Origin: a plasmid
DNA: 64,000 nucleotides
Direction: 5' to 3' (one strand)
Sequence record: NZ_CP023526.1
In this document: positions 1 through 11,267 of the stretch, one piece after another
Layout: each line of letters begins with the position of its first letter
Numbering within the stretch: the first letter of the stretch is position 1
The notes under the pieces: generated by a model
Database searches by the model: none
Told to the model about the DNA's origin: nothing
What the model saw: only the letters and a program-made list of their open reading frames with translations
Made by a program: the position numbers and the translations under genes

Positions 1-2896
1 GGCAAAGCGGTGAGAGTCGTGCAATATCTTCATCATTCAGGGTTTCCCCCTGTGCCCGGAGATGATCCAGGGCTGCCTGCATATAAATAGTGTTCCATAA
101 CACGACGGCGTTAGTGACCAACCCCAGTGCGCCCAATTGATCTTCCTGACCGTCAGTATATCGCTTTCTTATCTCACCTTTCTGACCGTGACAAATAGCT
201 CTGGCAACGGCATGGCGACTTTCTCCCCGGTTTAGTTGGGTCAGAATGCGCCGACGATAATCTTCATCATCAATATAATTAAGCAGATACAGCGTTTTGT
301 TGATGCGTCCCACTTCAATGATTGCCTGAGTCAATCCGGAAGGGCGTTCACTCTTCAGTAACGAGCGAACCAGCACCGAAGCCTGCACCTTGCCCAACTT
401 CAGGGAGCCTGCAGCCCGGATCATTTCGTCCCACTGAAGGACTATTTTTTGGGGTGCTGACTGCCCTCTGGCAATATCATTCAGCACCCCATAATCAGCG
501 TCATTGTCCATGCGCCAGAAAACCGAAGCACCGGCATCAGCCAGGCGTGGGGAAAACTGGTATCCCAACAGCCAGAAAAGACCAAAGACAAGATCGCTGG
601 CCCCAGCGGTATCGGTCATAATTTCGGTAGGATTCAGCCCAGTTTCCTGTTCCAGAAGGCCTTCCAGCACAAAGATTGAGTCTCTCAGCGTCCCTGGTAT
701 AACAATGCCATGAAAGCCGGAATACTGATCGGACATAAAGTTGTACCAGGTGATCCCCCTGTTATGGCCAAAGTATTTGCGGTTCGGTCCGGCATTGATT
801 GTTCTGACCGGCGTAACAAAGCGCATTCCGTCTGCAGAGGCCACTTCGCCACCACCCCAGACCTGTGCCAGTGGCAGCGTTGCCTGAAAATCAACCAGCC
901 TGGCATTCGCACTGGTGATAGTTTCAGCCCGCAGGTAGTTTGCTTTTGTCCAGTTCAGCCGGTGTCGGGTCAGGGCTGGAACATTTGACCGTATCAGGGG
1001 CTCCAGGCCGATATTGCAGGCCTCAGCCATCAGTACGGCGCTGATGCTGATGGGCAGATCGTCAACTCTGGCGCTGGCTTCGCTGGCGTGGAAAAACTCA
1101 TCAGCAAATCCGGTGTGGGCATTGATTTCGAGCAACAGCTCTGTCAAATCTACAGTCGGAAGCAGATCACTGACCTGTTTGCTCAGTCGTTTCAGACTGT
1201 CCGGTTCGTCAAGACTGGCGAGGGGAGAAATTGTCAGCCTGGGTTTTGGGCCGGAAATATCCAGTTTAACCGCCTCATTTTCGCCAAGGCGTGCGGCAAC
1301 CTGCCTGTAACGGGTGTCCAATTGGAGACCCAGCGATTTTATTGCGTCCTGTGGATTCGTCGGGTGCCCCAGAGAACGATAAACTTTAATTCGGTTTGCC
1401 TGCCAGTCTGCGCCCTGTAGTAATTTTTCGCGGGGATCGCCCCACCGGCTACTGCCGGTGACGTAGACATCCCGCCGCCTCAGGCTGTCCTGCAGTTTAC
1501 TGAGAAAGCACAGCGTGTATCCCCTTCGGGTAATATGTTTTTCCTTATTAACAACCAGTCGTTTCCATGGACGGCTAATGATTTCCGTTGGTGCATCATC
1601 AAAATACTGCCGCCGTGAGCTGAACTCGCGGCTGAGGTAATCGCAGGCATTCAGGATAGTGCTCCCGGCGGGAGCTGCTGAAAATTTAACGGTATTCAGC
1701 AGACGGGGCAGGAAACGACGAACCCGCCCGTACTGTTCCACCATTTCGTCATGAAAGTTATCGTCTGATGGTCGGGCAATTTCGTGGACAAGTGCGATGA
1801 TGTCGGCCAGTTTTTGCCTTGAGATGTGGCTGAATACTTCAGCCCGGATTGATTCGTCCGGCGTTTCCTCTTTCAGCAGGTACGAACATGCGCTGGCGAG
1901 CGCCAGTGCTGATTTATCCAGATCTTTCAGCGATCGGAGCCGTTTTTTCTGCCCAATCTTTCTGGCGTCACGGATGATAACAGCCAGCATGGCATCCAGA
2001 ACGTCCAGAGCATCATCCAGCGCCAGCGTCTCCCATGCAAGGACAAAGGCAACCAGTATCACTGTCCTTTTCTGCGGAGCCATCCTGGCGATATTGAACA
2101 CCGAAGTCATTCCCGCATAACGAGCGAGATTTTTTAGACGTACAGCCGGGATCGCACTCAGATTATCAGTATGAAGGCCAAAATCGCTCAGCGTTTTCCA
2201 GCGATCAATTGCCTCATTAAACGCCGGGCCGCTGATGGTGACCGGGCCTTTCTTCAGTGATTCCAGCAAAGACAGGCGGCCGGAATCAGCAGGTCCCAGC
2301 AGCGTCTCCAGTTGTGAACGCTGCACGGCAGACGGAATCATTGCCAGCCTGTTCCACAGTCGCAGCGTTGCCTTTTCCCTTACCTCTGAAATCAGTCGGG
2401 TCAGCGTGGTCGCGCCGGGGAGAATAATCCTGTGCTGCATCAGCCACCCTGTAGCCAGCTCAAAAAGCAGGCCCGGACGCTCGTTGCTTATCCAGCTCCG
2501 GGTATATAAAAGACGGGTAAGACGAAAAGTCCAGGGCCAGGAAAATTCACGATAATCATAATGCTGACGTATCAGCGCGGCATGCTCACGACGGGTATTT
2601 TCTCTCTGGCCGTATTCTGCCAGCACGGTGATATCATGGATGGCGAGCTGTCTGGCAATAAAGTGCCGAACGCCGGAAGGAATATGATTCATATCGGTGA
2701 GGAAGGTGCCCAGAAAACGGACGCATCCAATTTGCAGGGCAATACCCAAACGATTGTGATCACCTCTGCTTTTTCCGATAAATTCCTTGTCTGCTTCATC
2801 AAGGTGAAAATATCGTGCCAACTGAAGCTCATCCGGCTCACCGGTGAATCGACCATAGCTTTCAGTCTGCTCAGTGGTCAGAAAATCGACGGGCAT
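1..2896 (-). CDS. tnpA: Tn3-family transposase TnpA; C-terminal ~35 codons lie beyond the window edge
   Basis: Reverse-complement translation from the ATG at 2894-2896 reads MPVDFLTTEQTESYGRFTGEPDELQLARYFHLDEADKEF..., the canonical Tn3 TnpA N-terminus. The frame stays open to the window edge (...LNDEDIARLSPLCHG). It is absent from the ORF track because there is no stop inside the window. The + strand ORFs over 322-2914 are antisense artefacts. Confidence 0.9.
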   Translation of the reverse strand, partial: MPVDFLTTEQTESYGRFTGEPDELQLARYFHLDEADKEFIGKSRGDHNRLGIALQIGCVRFLGTFLTDMNHIPSGVRHFIARQLAIHDITVLAEYGQRENTRREHAALIRQHYDYREFSWPWTFRLTRLLYTRSWISNERPGLLFELATGWLMQHRIILPGATTLTRLISEVREKATLRLWNRLAMIPSAVQRSQLETLLGPADSGRLSLLESLKKGPVTISGPAFNEAIDRWKTLSDFGLHTDNLSAIPAVRLKNLARYAGMTSVFNIARMAPQKRTVILVAFVLAWETLALDDALDVLDAMLAVIIRDARKIGQKKRLRSLKDLDKSALALASACSYLLKEETPDESIRAEVFSHISRQKLADIIALVHEIARPSDDNFHDEMVEQYGRVRRFLPRLLNTVKFSAAPAGSTILNACDYLSREFSSRRQYFDDAPTEIISRPWKRLVVNKEKHITRRGYTLCFLSKLQDSLRRRDVYVTGSSRWGDPREKLLQGADWQANRIKVYRSLGHPTNPQDAIKSLGLQLDTRYRQVAARLGENEAVKLDISGPKPRLTISPLASLDEPDSLKRLSKQVSDLLPTVDLTELLLEINAHTGFADEFFHASEASARVDDLPISISAVLMAEACNIGLEPLIRSNVPALTRHRLNWTKANYLRAETITSANARLVDFQATLPLAQVWGGGEVASADGMRFVTPVRTINAGPNRKYFGHNRGITWYNFMSDQYSGFHGIVIPGTLRDSIFVLEGLLEQETGLNPTEIMTDTAGASDLVFGLFWLLGYQFSPRLADAGASVFWRMDNDADYGVLNDIARGQSAPQKIVLQWDEMIRAAGSLKLGKVQASVLVRSLLKSERPSGLTQAIIEVGRINKTLYLLNYIDDEDYRRRILTQLNRGESRHAVARAICHGQKGEIRKRYTDGQEDQLGALGLVTNAVVLWNTIYMQAALDHLRAQGETLNDEDIARLSPLC

Positions 2897-3605
<709 letters not shown>

Positions 3606-3650
3606 CTTTATTATACGGATACAATCATTAAATATGAACTGGAGGTACAA

Positions 3651-4133
3651 ATGAAAGGATACTTAATTATTTTATTTTTTATTACTGGCACTGCTAACGC
3701 TTCAGAAGCCATATCAAATAAGTACACAATAGATTCGGACAACCAGTTAATATTATCGAATGGAAATATTAAGGCTGTTGGCCATGTACACGCTGTAAGC
3801 GGGGATATGACTATTGATGCAGAAGAAGCTATTTATCATCGTGAAAACCCCAACGATACATATATAACTGCCACAGGGAATCCAATAAAATACAATGGGA
3901 TAACAGAAGACGGTAAACCGTTCTCAGGAAATTCTAAAAAGCTTAAATATACTCCAGAAACAGGAGAGGTTATCCTAACAGATGAGGCTTTTGTTCAGCA
4001 GAATGGAAATACTCTATCGGCCGAAGTAATAACATACAACACCATTACGAAAAAAATGATAGCTTCTGCTGCACCTGGTAAAAGAGTAAGGAGTGTGATT
4101 TATCCTGACAAGGTATCACAGACGAAAAAATAA
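3651..4133 (+). CDS. LptA/OstA-N-like periplasmic protein with signal peptide; passenger gene of the Tn3-like element
   Basis: Signal peptide MKGYLIILFFITGTANA. Body aligns by eye with E. coli LptA (GNPIKYNGITEDGKPFSGNSKKLKYTPETGEVILTDEAFVQQNGNTLSAEVITYN...GKRVRSVIYP vs LptA GKPATFYQMQDNGKPVEGHASQMHYELAKDFVVLTGNAYLQQVDSNIKGDKITYL...GKRVTTVLVP). AT-rich codon usage unlike the flanking transposon genes. Sits where bla is in Tn3. Confidence 0.6.
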   Translation: MKGYLIILFFITGTANASEAISNKYTIDSDNQLILSNGNIKAVGHVHAVSGDMTIDAEEAIYHRENPNDTYITATGNPIKYNGITEDGKPFSGNSKKLKYTPETGEVILTDEAFVQQNGNTLSAEVITYNTITKKMIASAAPGKRVRSVIYPDKVSQTKK

Positions 4134-4228
4134 TTATTCTTAGTCAGCATGCTGAATCTGACAAAAACCATTTACCCAAACAGTAAACTGTTAGGGTAAA
4201 TGGTCAATGTTCCAACACGTAATGAAAG

Positions 4229-4266
4229 CTTAGCGTGAGTTTTCGTTCCACTGAGCGTCAGACCCC
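4229..4266. repeat. Tn3-family 38-bp terminal inverted repeat (right end)
   Basis: cttagcgtgagttttcgttccactgagcgtcagacccc differs by 1 nt from the Tn3 IRR as remembered from pBR322 (cttaacgtgagttttcgttccactgagcgtcagacccc). Confidence 0.85.
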
Positions 4267-4721
4267 GATCCGAAAAAAGCTAGACGTGGAGATGAGAATA
4301 ACTACCTCATAAGAAGCAAAATTTACCCCTTTGGGGGCTTTTATTCAGTGCAGAACCTTCCGGGAAAACGGGTTTTCGTGGGGAGTCGGATCGTAATGTG
4401 CGCAATAAGAATATTTTAAATAATTCAATTAAATCAGTTTGATAGGTGTTTTTTTCAGAATGTTAGTCCCTGTTGCCGGAGGTTTTCGGAAGTAGAAGTA
4501 AGAGGTGAGGGCAATCAGTATAGTCAATTACAATAAGCAGGTGGAGAGCAGAACAATGCCAGAAGAGGCGCTTTTTTATAGCTCCCACCGCTCTGGTTCT
4601 CTGTTGTAACGGCATCATCCCATCTGTGATAGCGGTCAGTCATCCGGCGTTCATCGTTGAAGTGACGACAGAATGGCTTACAGACCGGAGTCTCAGAGAG
4701 GAGATCTGTCTCAGCCGTATA

Positions 4722-4783
4722 GCGATTGCTATACATAACATTTGTGCTATTATTGTAAAGCAATTGCTATACAAGGAGTGCAC
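4722..4783 (+). promoter_or_regulatory. Putative tacAT promoter/operator with palindromic half-sites
   Basis: tatagcgattgctata and aagcaattgctataca (core GCAATTGC palindromes) lie immediately upstream of an AGGAG RBS and the tacA ATG at 4786. Confidence 0.4.
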
Positions 4784-4785
4784 AC

Positions 4786-5525
<740 letters not shown>

Positions 5526-5709
5526 AAGGTGAGCGGAAGGTAACTCGTAACAAATTGATTTAGAACATTATATTTAGTAAATTTAACATAAGATAGATTA
5601 TGCGCACCATGATTGTAACTCCAATATTCTGATGTCACTTTTAACACATTTAGTGATGTCACTTTTTCTGGCATAAAGGATTCAATCCTCAGGCCATGGA
5701 GACATCAGG

Positions 5710-7068
5710 ATGCTTGTGACCATGTCAGATAAAGAACTCAGTCGGATCAACATCATTCAGTCAGTTGTTGAAAAGCGCATGCGCCGTCGCGATGCTGCTC
5801 ATCAGCTTGCTTTGACCGAACGTCAGACACAGCGTTTGATGAACCGCTTTCGTGAATCTGGTGCTGCAGGTCTGGCAAACCTTCGACGAGGACGCCCCGG
5901 TAATCATAGACTTCCTGAGTCACTGAAGCTGCGTGTACTTTCTTTACTTCACGATCATTACAGCGACTTTGGACCAACGCTGGCCGCAGAAAAATTGCGC
6001 GAACGCCATAACATCACGGTGTCTATTGAAACACTGAGAAAATGGATGACGGCTGATGGGCTCTGGGTCCAATACTCACGTCGCAGGCCACGTGTTCATC
6101 AACCCAGATACCGGCGTGACTGCCTTGGAGAACTTGTTCAGATCGATGGTTCCCCGCATGACTGGTTTGAAGGACGTGCCCCCAAATGCTGCCTGCTCGT
6201 CTTCATTGATGATGCTACTGGGCGCCTGATGCACCTCCGTTTCGGCGAGACTGAATCAGCCTTTGATTACATGATGGCCACCCGCGAGTATCTTGAACAG
6301 CATGGCAAACCACTGGCGTTCTACAGCGATAAGCACGGCATTTTCAGGGTCAATAATGGTGGCACTACCACAACTGGAATCACTCAGTTCGGCCGGGTGC
6401 TTTCCGAACTGGGGATCGAGTTGATATGCGCCAACAGCCCGCAAGCTAAAGGTCGCGTTGAGCGCGCAAACCAGACTCTTCAGGATCGACTTATCAAAGA
6501 AATGCGGCTTGAAGGCATCAGCAGCATCGAGGATGCCAATGCCTGGCTGGATTCCTTCATTATTGACTTCAATCGTCGTTTTGCCAGACCAGCAAAATAT
6601 CCCAAAGACCTGCATCGACCGGTGGTTGAAAGCTCTGAAGATCTGGATGATATCTTTGCTTGGCAGGAATCACGAAAACTCTCGAAAACACTGACTTTCC
6701 GTTACGATAAGATGATATATCTCGTTGAACCTACGGAAGAAAATACCAGAATTGCAGGTGAAAAAATCACAGTTTACGACTACCCAGATGGTACGCTGGC
6801 GTTTAAATATGGCTACCGATCACTCAATTATCAGGTCTTCGATAAACTGGAATGCATCGACCAGGGGCAAATCGTTGATAACAAACGGCTCGGTGCTGTA
6901 CTGAAACTGGCTCAGGACAAGATGGATGAATTGGATCGAGAGGGAAAGCGAGATAGGAGTAAAAAAATGCCCAAACGACGTGCACAGGCCCGGGTTCAGG
7001 AGCAACTCAAGGCCATCAACCCTGTACTGGCTAATCCTGAAGAGTTCCGAGCCAGTCTGAAACGCTAG
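5710..7068 (+). CDS. DDE transposase with N-terminal HTH (ISNCY-like)
   Basis: 452 aa. N-terminal HTH, then an integrase-core-like region (DDE-type catalytic core as I read it). C-terminal ...YPDGTLAFKY block. Confidence 0.8.
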   Translation: MLVTMSDKELSRINIIQSVVEKRMRRRDAAHQLALTERQTQRLMNRFRESGAAGLANLRRGRPGNHRLPESLKLRVLSLLHDHYSDFGPTLAAEKLRERHNITVSIETLRKWMTADGLWVQYSRRRPRVHQPRYRRDCLGELVQIDGSPHDWFEGRAPKCCLLVFIDDATGRLMHLRFGETESAFDYMMATREYLEQHGKPLAFYSDKHGIFRVNNGGTTTTGITQFGRVLSELGIELICANSPQAKGRVERANQTLQDRLIKEMRLEGISSIEDANAWLDSFIIDFNRRFARPAKYPKDLHRPVVESSEDLDDIFAWQESRKLSKTLTFRYDKMIYLVEPTEENTRIAGEKITVYDYPDGTLAFKYGYRSLNYQVFDKLECIDQGQIVDNKRLGAVLKLAQDKMDELDREGKRDRSKKMPKRRAQARVQEQLKAINPVLANPEEFRASLKR

Positions 7069-7228
7069 CCCCCTGCTCTGTTCTGTTTTTTTACCTTTAG
7101 CAGTGTGATGGAGTGCAAGCTTCTGAAAACACGTCAGTTGGTTTTATAACCATGAACCCTCATTTCATATTTGGCATTACTGCCACAGTTCGTAAATATG
7201 AATCTGTTTGTCACTCAAGGAGATTTTT

Positions 7229-7360
7229 ATGGGTATTAAACCTGGCCCAAAGCCGATTGCTGAATCAACTGGCAAAGAAGATAAAAGAAGGCGTGTCACT
7301 CCGGAAAACAAACCAAAGCATCCCGGACTGAAGGAACACGACCATAAAAAAGGCGAATAA
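7229..7360 (+). CDS. Small 43-aa basic ORF inside the IS downstream of the transposase
   Basis: aaggag RBS 8 nt upstream of ATG. Encodes MGIKPGPKPIAESTGKEDKRRRVTPENKPKHPGLKEHDHKKGE. Below the ORF-track size cutoff. Confidence 0.25.
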   Translation: MGIKPGPKPIAESTGKEDKRRRVTPENKPKHPGLKEHDHKKGE

Positions 7361-7530
7361 CAGCTTATTGGTATAGCCTCTCATCACAGGCATGGACGTC
7401 ATTCATGCCTGCTTTCCTCTGACATAAACCACCTTCTCTCTCTTCACATCACTTAAGGTGACATTTCTAACTGGCTAAATGAGGTGACATTTTAAGCTTG
7501 CAATAACATTAGCTAAATTTAAATGTCCGT

Positions 7531-7596
7531 CTCTGACCAAATGACATGTCCGCGCTACAGTCTCACCACAGCGATCACTGCTTTCCAAGGATGAGA
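7531..7596 (+). repeat. ~66-bp direct repeat, copy 1 (left terminus/5'UTR of a second transposase gene)
   Basis: ctctgaccaaatgacatgtccgcgctacagtctcaccacagcgatcactgctttccaaggatgaga matches 10068-10134 with ~6 mismatches and 1 indel. Confidence 0.8.
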
Positions 7597-7599
7597 TTC

Positions 7600-7974
7600 A
7601 TGACGGCATACGGAACGGAGTTTTTCTCAATGAACGATGTGAACCGACTCAGGATCCTTCAGGACGTGATTGACAGGCGTCTGACAACACGCCTTGCAGC
7701 CAGCCGGCTGGAGATCTCTGACAGACACTGCCGCAATATGCACGGGTTACACGGAGACCATAGGTGTCCAGGCGTAGTCGTATTTGAGTCATTTTGTCGT
7801 GCCTCGTTTTGTGCAGCAGGACAGCCTGTTCAAGCACCTTTATCAGTTCCTCGGCTGAAACCTCTGGCGACACGGCTATGCAACCTGGCAGAACAGAGCA
7901 ACTGCCAGTACGAACAGGCAGGCCACACCGGCACTGGCAGCACCGGTAATGAGGTAGCCCGCAACAACCTGTAA
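7600..7974 (+). pseudogene. N-terminal fragment of an ISNCY/IS481-like transposase (HTH region), truncated
   Basis: MTAYGTEFFSMNDVNRLRILQDVIDRRLTTRLAASRLEISDRHCRNM parallels the N-terminus of the 5710-7068 transposase (SRINIIQSVVEKRMRRRDAAHQLALTERQTQRLM). The remainder is out of family. Confidence 0.5.
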
Positions 7975-8125
7975 CCAACTCATTATGGCCGCTCATTGCG
8001 GTAGGCGTGGATACGGCGTTTTATCGTCATTCATTTCTTCACCTCGCTGCTAATCCACGGCGACGCTGTTAGTAGTTAATACATTGGCAGTTACACAGAA
8101 TCACTGACAGGCACTGATAGCAAAA

Positions 8126-8419
8126 TTAAAAGGTGTCCCACTGAGGAAAGTCCTGATAACCCATGTACATGGCATACCCAACATAGTTAACATATCTTGT
8201 TGTTCCCGATCTGTTCCTCGGGGTGAACCGGGCGACTTTGCGGTGCAGCTTGGAGCGATTGACTATTAGCCTTTTGTTTCTCAGTTCGCCTAAGTAGCGC
8301 CCATCAACACCATAGACTTCATTGCCGTTCAGTTTGCCAACATGCTTGCCTCTGTACGTATAAAGATCGTCATTGGATATGTAGCCGAAATATTTTCCTG
8401 ACCAAGTCCAAATATTCAT
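8126..8419 (-). CDS. Hypothetical 97-aa Tyr/Gly-rich protein
   Basis: GGAGG RBS 7 nt upstream of ATG. No family recognised. Confidence 0.5.
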   Translation of the reverse strand: MNIWTWSGKYFGYISNDDLYTYRGKHVGKLNGNEVYGVDGRYLGELRNKRLIVNRSKLHRKVARFTPRNRSGTTRYVNYVGYAMYMGYQDFPQWDTF

Positions 8420-8850
8420 TTTTAGCCTCCATTTAGCTTATAAAAAAAAACCAAATCATGATGTTGTTGACTTATCAAGCCAACCAACCGTTAAACATAC
8501 AACAGTGGCCACCTGGGATTGCAGTTATATTTACCCATAAGAAAATAACTAAATAACCGGTCAACAACATAATGCCGGAAATTACTGGGTAACGTAGGCT
8601 TGCCGAATTTGATATTCACGAGGACCGTCTATTATTCTCTGTTTTGCCCCTGCTGGCAGGGACGGTTCTAATTCAAGGATCAGCCAGTGGGTTCAGCATA
8701 CTGACTCGCCAGACAGGATCGGAATACCTCTCAATAACCAGGTCACGCACCATTACCGAAACGGGTTTGATATAGGGCGACAGTTGTAGCCTTAACAACA
8801 ATCAGAAATTTTGGGCTGCTCTGTTTGGGCAGAATTTCTTGTACATCCAC

Positions 8851-9177
8851 TCAAACGCTAATCAGGCGTTTGAAGAGAAGGTTCTGAATATCCTGCCTGT
8901 GGGACAGTATTGCATGAGCCGTTATTGCATCATCCTCAACCGAGTACAGGACTCTGTAGCCATCCGGAGTATTGCACTCCCGATATTTTGCGCAGCCTAT
9001 TTTGAGTAGTTCAGGGCAAATCTGACAACCCAACGGAAAATCACCTACCCTCTTTTCGAAGTGCTCAATGATGCCACTGATCACGTCTTTGGGTGCGGTG
9101 TCGATACGACGAAGATGGCTGGCGATGTCATCGATGCAGGTTTTGACGGTTTTGGTGTACTGAATCATTACCGCCAT
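8851..9177 (-). CDS. ParE/RelE-superfamily toxin
   Basis: 108 aa. Overlaps the upstream antitoxin by 1 nt. Typical plasmid-stabilisation toxin features. Confidence 0.7.
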   Translation of the reverse strand: MAVMIQYTKTVKTCIDDIASHLRRIDTAPKDVISGIIEHFEKRVGDFPLGCQICPELLKIGCAKYRECNTPDGYRVLYSVEDDAITAHAILSHRQDIQNLLFKRLISV

Positions 9178-9404
9178 TACAGACCCGCCAGCAGTTGCTC
9201 TTTACTGAACACGTTACCGTCTGCTTTGTCTTTCTCTGAAAGCGTCAGCAGTTTAAGCAGTGCTATTGAGTTCTCTCGCTCCTGCTGCGCGGTGTAGGAC
9301 TCAATCACATACGCCGGAACCCCGTTCTGAGTGACCAGTATCGGTTCTTCCAGATCGAGCGATGCCGCGTTTTTCTTCACGTAGCTGATGGTTTCAACTT
9401 TCAT
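9177..9404 (-). CDS. Phd/YefM-family antitoxin
   Basis: 75 aa; MKVETISYVKKNAASLDLEEPILVTQNGVPAYVIESYTAQ fits the Phd/YefM fold. Confidence 0.7.
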   Translation of the reverse strand: MKVETISYVKKNAASLDLEEPILVTQNGVPAYVIESYTAQQERENSIALLKLLTLSEKDKADGNVFSKEQLLAGL

Positions 9405-9470
9405 AATAACCTCACAGACAATAGAAGTCTAAATATAGGCCAAATTTGAGTTGTCTGCAATGTTACGATT

Positions 9471-9698
9471 TTGACGTACATCGCCCGCTGGAGAATGGCG
9501 AAAACCTGCAGGCGACACTTACCTTGCGCGGACAACGTAAGGTCTCAAAAAAACCTGACTTTACAGTATGATAAGAAGCTTTATTTGCTTGAGGATAATG
9601 AAGAAAACCGTCGTTTTCAGGGGAAATGCATCGATGTCTGGCAGTATCCGGACGGCCTGAGACCTCTCTTCCGGGCTGAAGCATTTGTTTGTGCCTGA
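9471..9698 (+). pseudogene. C-terminal fragment of the same transposase family as 5710-7068
   Basis: LTLQYDKKLYLLEDNEENRRFQGKCIDVWQYPDGLRPLF parallels LTFRYDKMIYLVEPTEENTRIAGEKITVYDYPDGTLAF. Confidence 0.5.
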
Positions 9699-9748
9699 GC
9701 GAATGGCCAGGGGACGCACATTTGGGTAAAACTCTTCAATCCAGCGCT

Positions 9749-9952
9749 TTAGAATTTCGCTACTGGGTAGCCGATGACACGGCGAGTGTACGACAGGCAA
9801 CCACCGTGAGTAAGATAATGCTCAACAGCAACAATTTTCTGTGCACGTGAATAGCGTTCTCTTGGCTTTAATTCCCTGGGTAAATCGCCCTTCTCTTCAT
9901 AAATCCTAACCCAACGGCTCAACTGTTTTGTGGAAGGATATCTCAGCTCCAT
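9749..9952 (-). pseudogene. Possible transposase HTH-domain fragment
   Basis: Tandem HTH-like segments (RWVRIYEEKGDLPRELKPRERYS / QKIVAVEHYLTHGGCLSYTRRVIGYP). Family unclear. Confidence 0.3.
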
Positions 9953-10067
9953 GACAACAACGGAGACTTACTTTCTATACCGGTAATAGAGTTCGACGGC
10001 CCGGATCCAGTCCTCGTATGAATGCATAAATTAACCCCTGAAGGTCCAGGAATTCGTCCGCATCCTC

Positions 10068-10134
10068 CTCTGACCAAATAGACATGTCCGCGCTACAGTA
10101 TCATCACAGTGATCGCTGCTTTCTAAGGATGAGA
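10068..10134 (+). repeat. ~66-bp direct repeat, copy 2
   Basis: See 7531-7596. Confidence 0.8.
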
Positions 10135-10282
10135 CCCATCTTCAGTCTGGCGGGCCCTTATATAGTGAGGTATCTACTATTTCCCGAGGACTTTTGATCA
10201 GGCCTTGTTTGTACCTATAAAGGTTAATACGGCTCAACGGTTATCAATGCCACTTTATACTACTGCTCGGTTAACAATGTCC

Positions 10283-10483
10283 TTAACCCTCTATACGACG
10301 TAATTCTGTTAATAGCTTCGGATTACGTTGCAGGAGCGCCAGCACCTTTAACGCAACGCCGGTAGGTTGGCGGCGTCCTAACTCCCAGCTCTGCACCAAC
10401 GCGGTTGATGCGCCGACCGCATCAGCGAATTCGGCGCGGGAAACGCCCAGTGACAGGCGCAATTCCTTCACATCTACCATCAC
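10283..10483 (-). CDS. XRE-family HTH DNA-binding protein (antitoxin-like)
   Basis: 66 aa; LRLSLGVSRAEFADAVGASTALVQSWELGRRQP is a classic Cro/C1 HTH. Start overlaps the upstream gene stop (ATGA). Confidence 0.7.
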   Translation of the reverse strand: MMVDVKELRLSLGVSRAEFADAVGASTALVQSWELGRRQPTGVALKVLALLQRNPKLLTELRRIEG

Positions 10484-11115
10484 GCGGCCTCCAGCGGCTT
10501 TTTGCTGATAATCAGGCGGCGGTGTGGATGTACATCACGGTCATAACCCCACGCATATTCAAGCCATCGGTTTTCCAGTTCATCCAGTGAGGTGATTGGA
10601 AACTTAGGCCAGTCCTCTCCTTCGGTTCCATCAGCAACGTAAAGCGAGTAACCGCTGTTATATGCCCAGTCGAGCATATCCAGCCAGAAACGCTGTCCAT
10701 CGCCTGTTTGCTCGCTGTCTGATACCACAATATTGGTGATATCCAGTAAATGGCGGAAAAACAGCTTTGCGAAGCCCTGAATGGCTGAATAATGGCGGCT
10801 GGATGGGGTACGCCAGACCATCACTTGAGTTACAGCGCTATGCGGATATGTGATTTCACGATGGTGCACCAGCTTCACGGCGTAGGCGGTATATGGCTTA
10901 CCTTCGTCAGTGGTGACGATTCGATACTGATCCTCAAACAGGGATTTGACCAGGCTATAGTTAGCTGGTGGCACATAGCCATCAATATGGTAATCCTCAA
11001 TACCACTGGCAAGAAATTGCTCAGTGTGCTCCGAATTTCTGGAGTACATCCCCAAATTTTTGCTGAAATCAGCGGAATCAATTTTCAACGGTGGCACGTT
11101 GTTGCGTTCTCTCAT
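10480..11115 (-). CDS. Hypothetical 211-aa protein, translationally coupled to the downstream HTH gene
   Basis: GGGAG RBS upstream. No family recognised. Confidence 0.6.
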   Translation of the reverse strand: MRERNNVPPLKIDSADFSKNLGMYSRNSEHTEQFLASGIEDYHIDGYVPPANYSLVKSLFEDQYRIVTTDEGKPYTAYAVKLVHHREITYPHSAVTQVMVWRTPSSRHYSAIQGFAKLFFRHLLDITNIVVSDSEQTGDGQRFWLDMLDWAYNSGYSLYVADGTEGEDWPKFPITSLDELENRWLEYAWGYDRDVHPHRRLIISKKPLEAA

Positions 11116-11267
11116 TTTATCAGCTCCCGTTCAGGGGTAATGAACACAGCTTACCATGTACACTGTACGCAGACAACAGAACAGAAACCCCAGCTCGGCC
11201 GGCCGGGTTCAGGAAGTATGGCGGGGTAATCAGAATCAAGGCACAATAATCAGATGTGACACATTAT

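Larger units (their letters stand above)
5575..7530 (+). mobile_element. Insertion sequence, ISNCY-family-like (IS1202-group-like; family assignment tentative)
   Basis: Ends show an imperfect inverted repeat (left agtaaatttaacataag...; right ...cattagctaaatttaaatg). Two subterminal ATGTCAC motifs at each end sit in inverted orientation (tgatgtcactttt x2 at left; ggtgacattt x2 at right). Boundaries are approximate. Confidence 0.55.
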
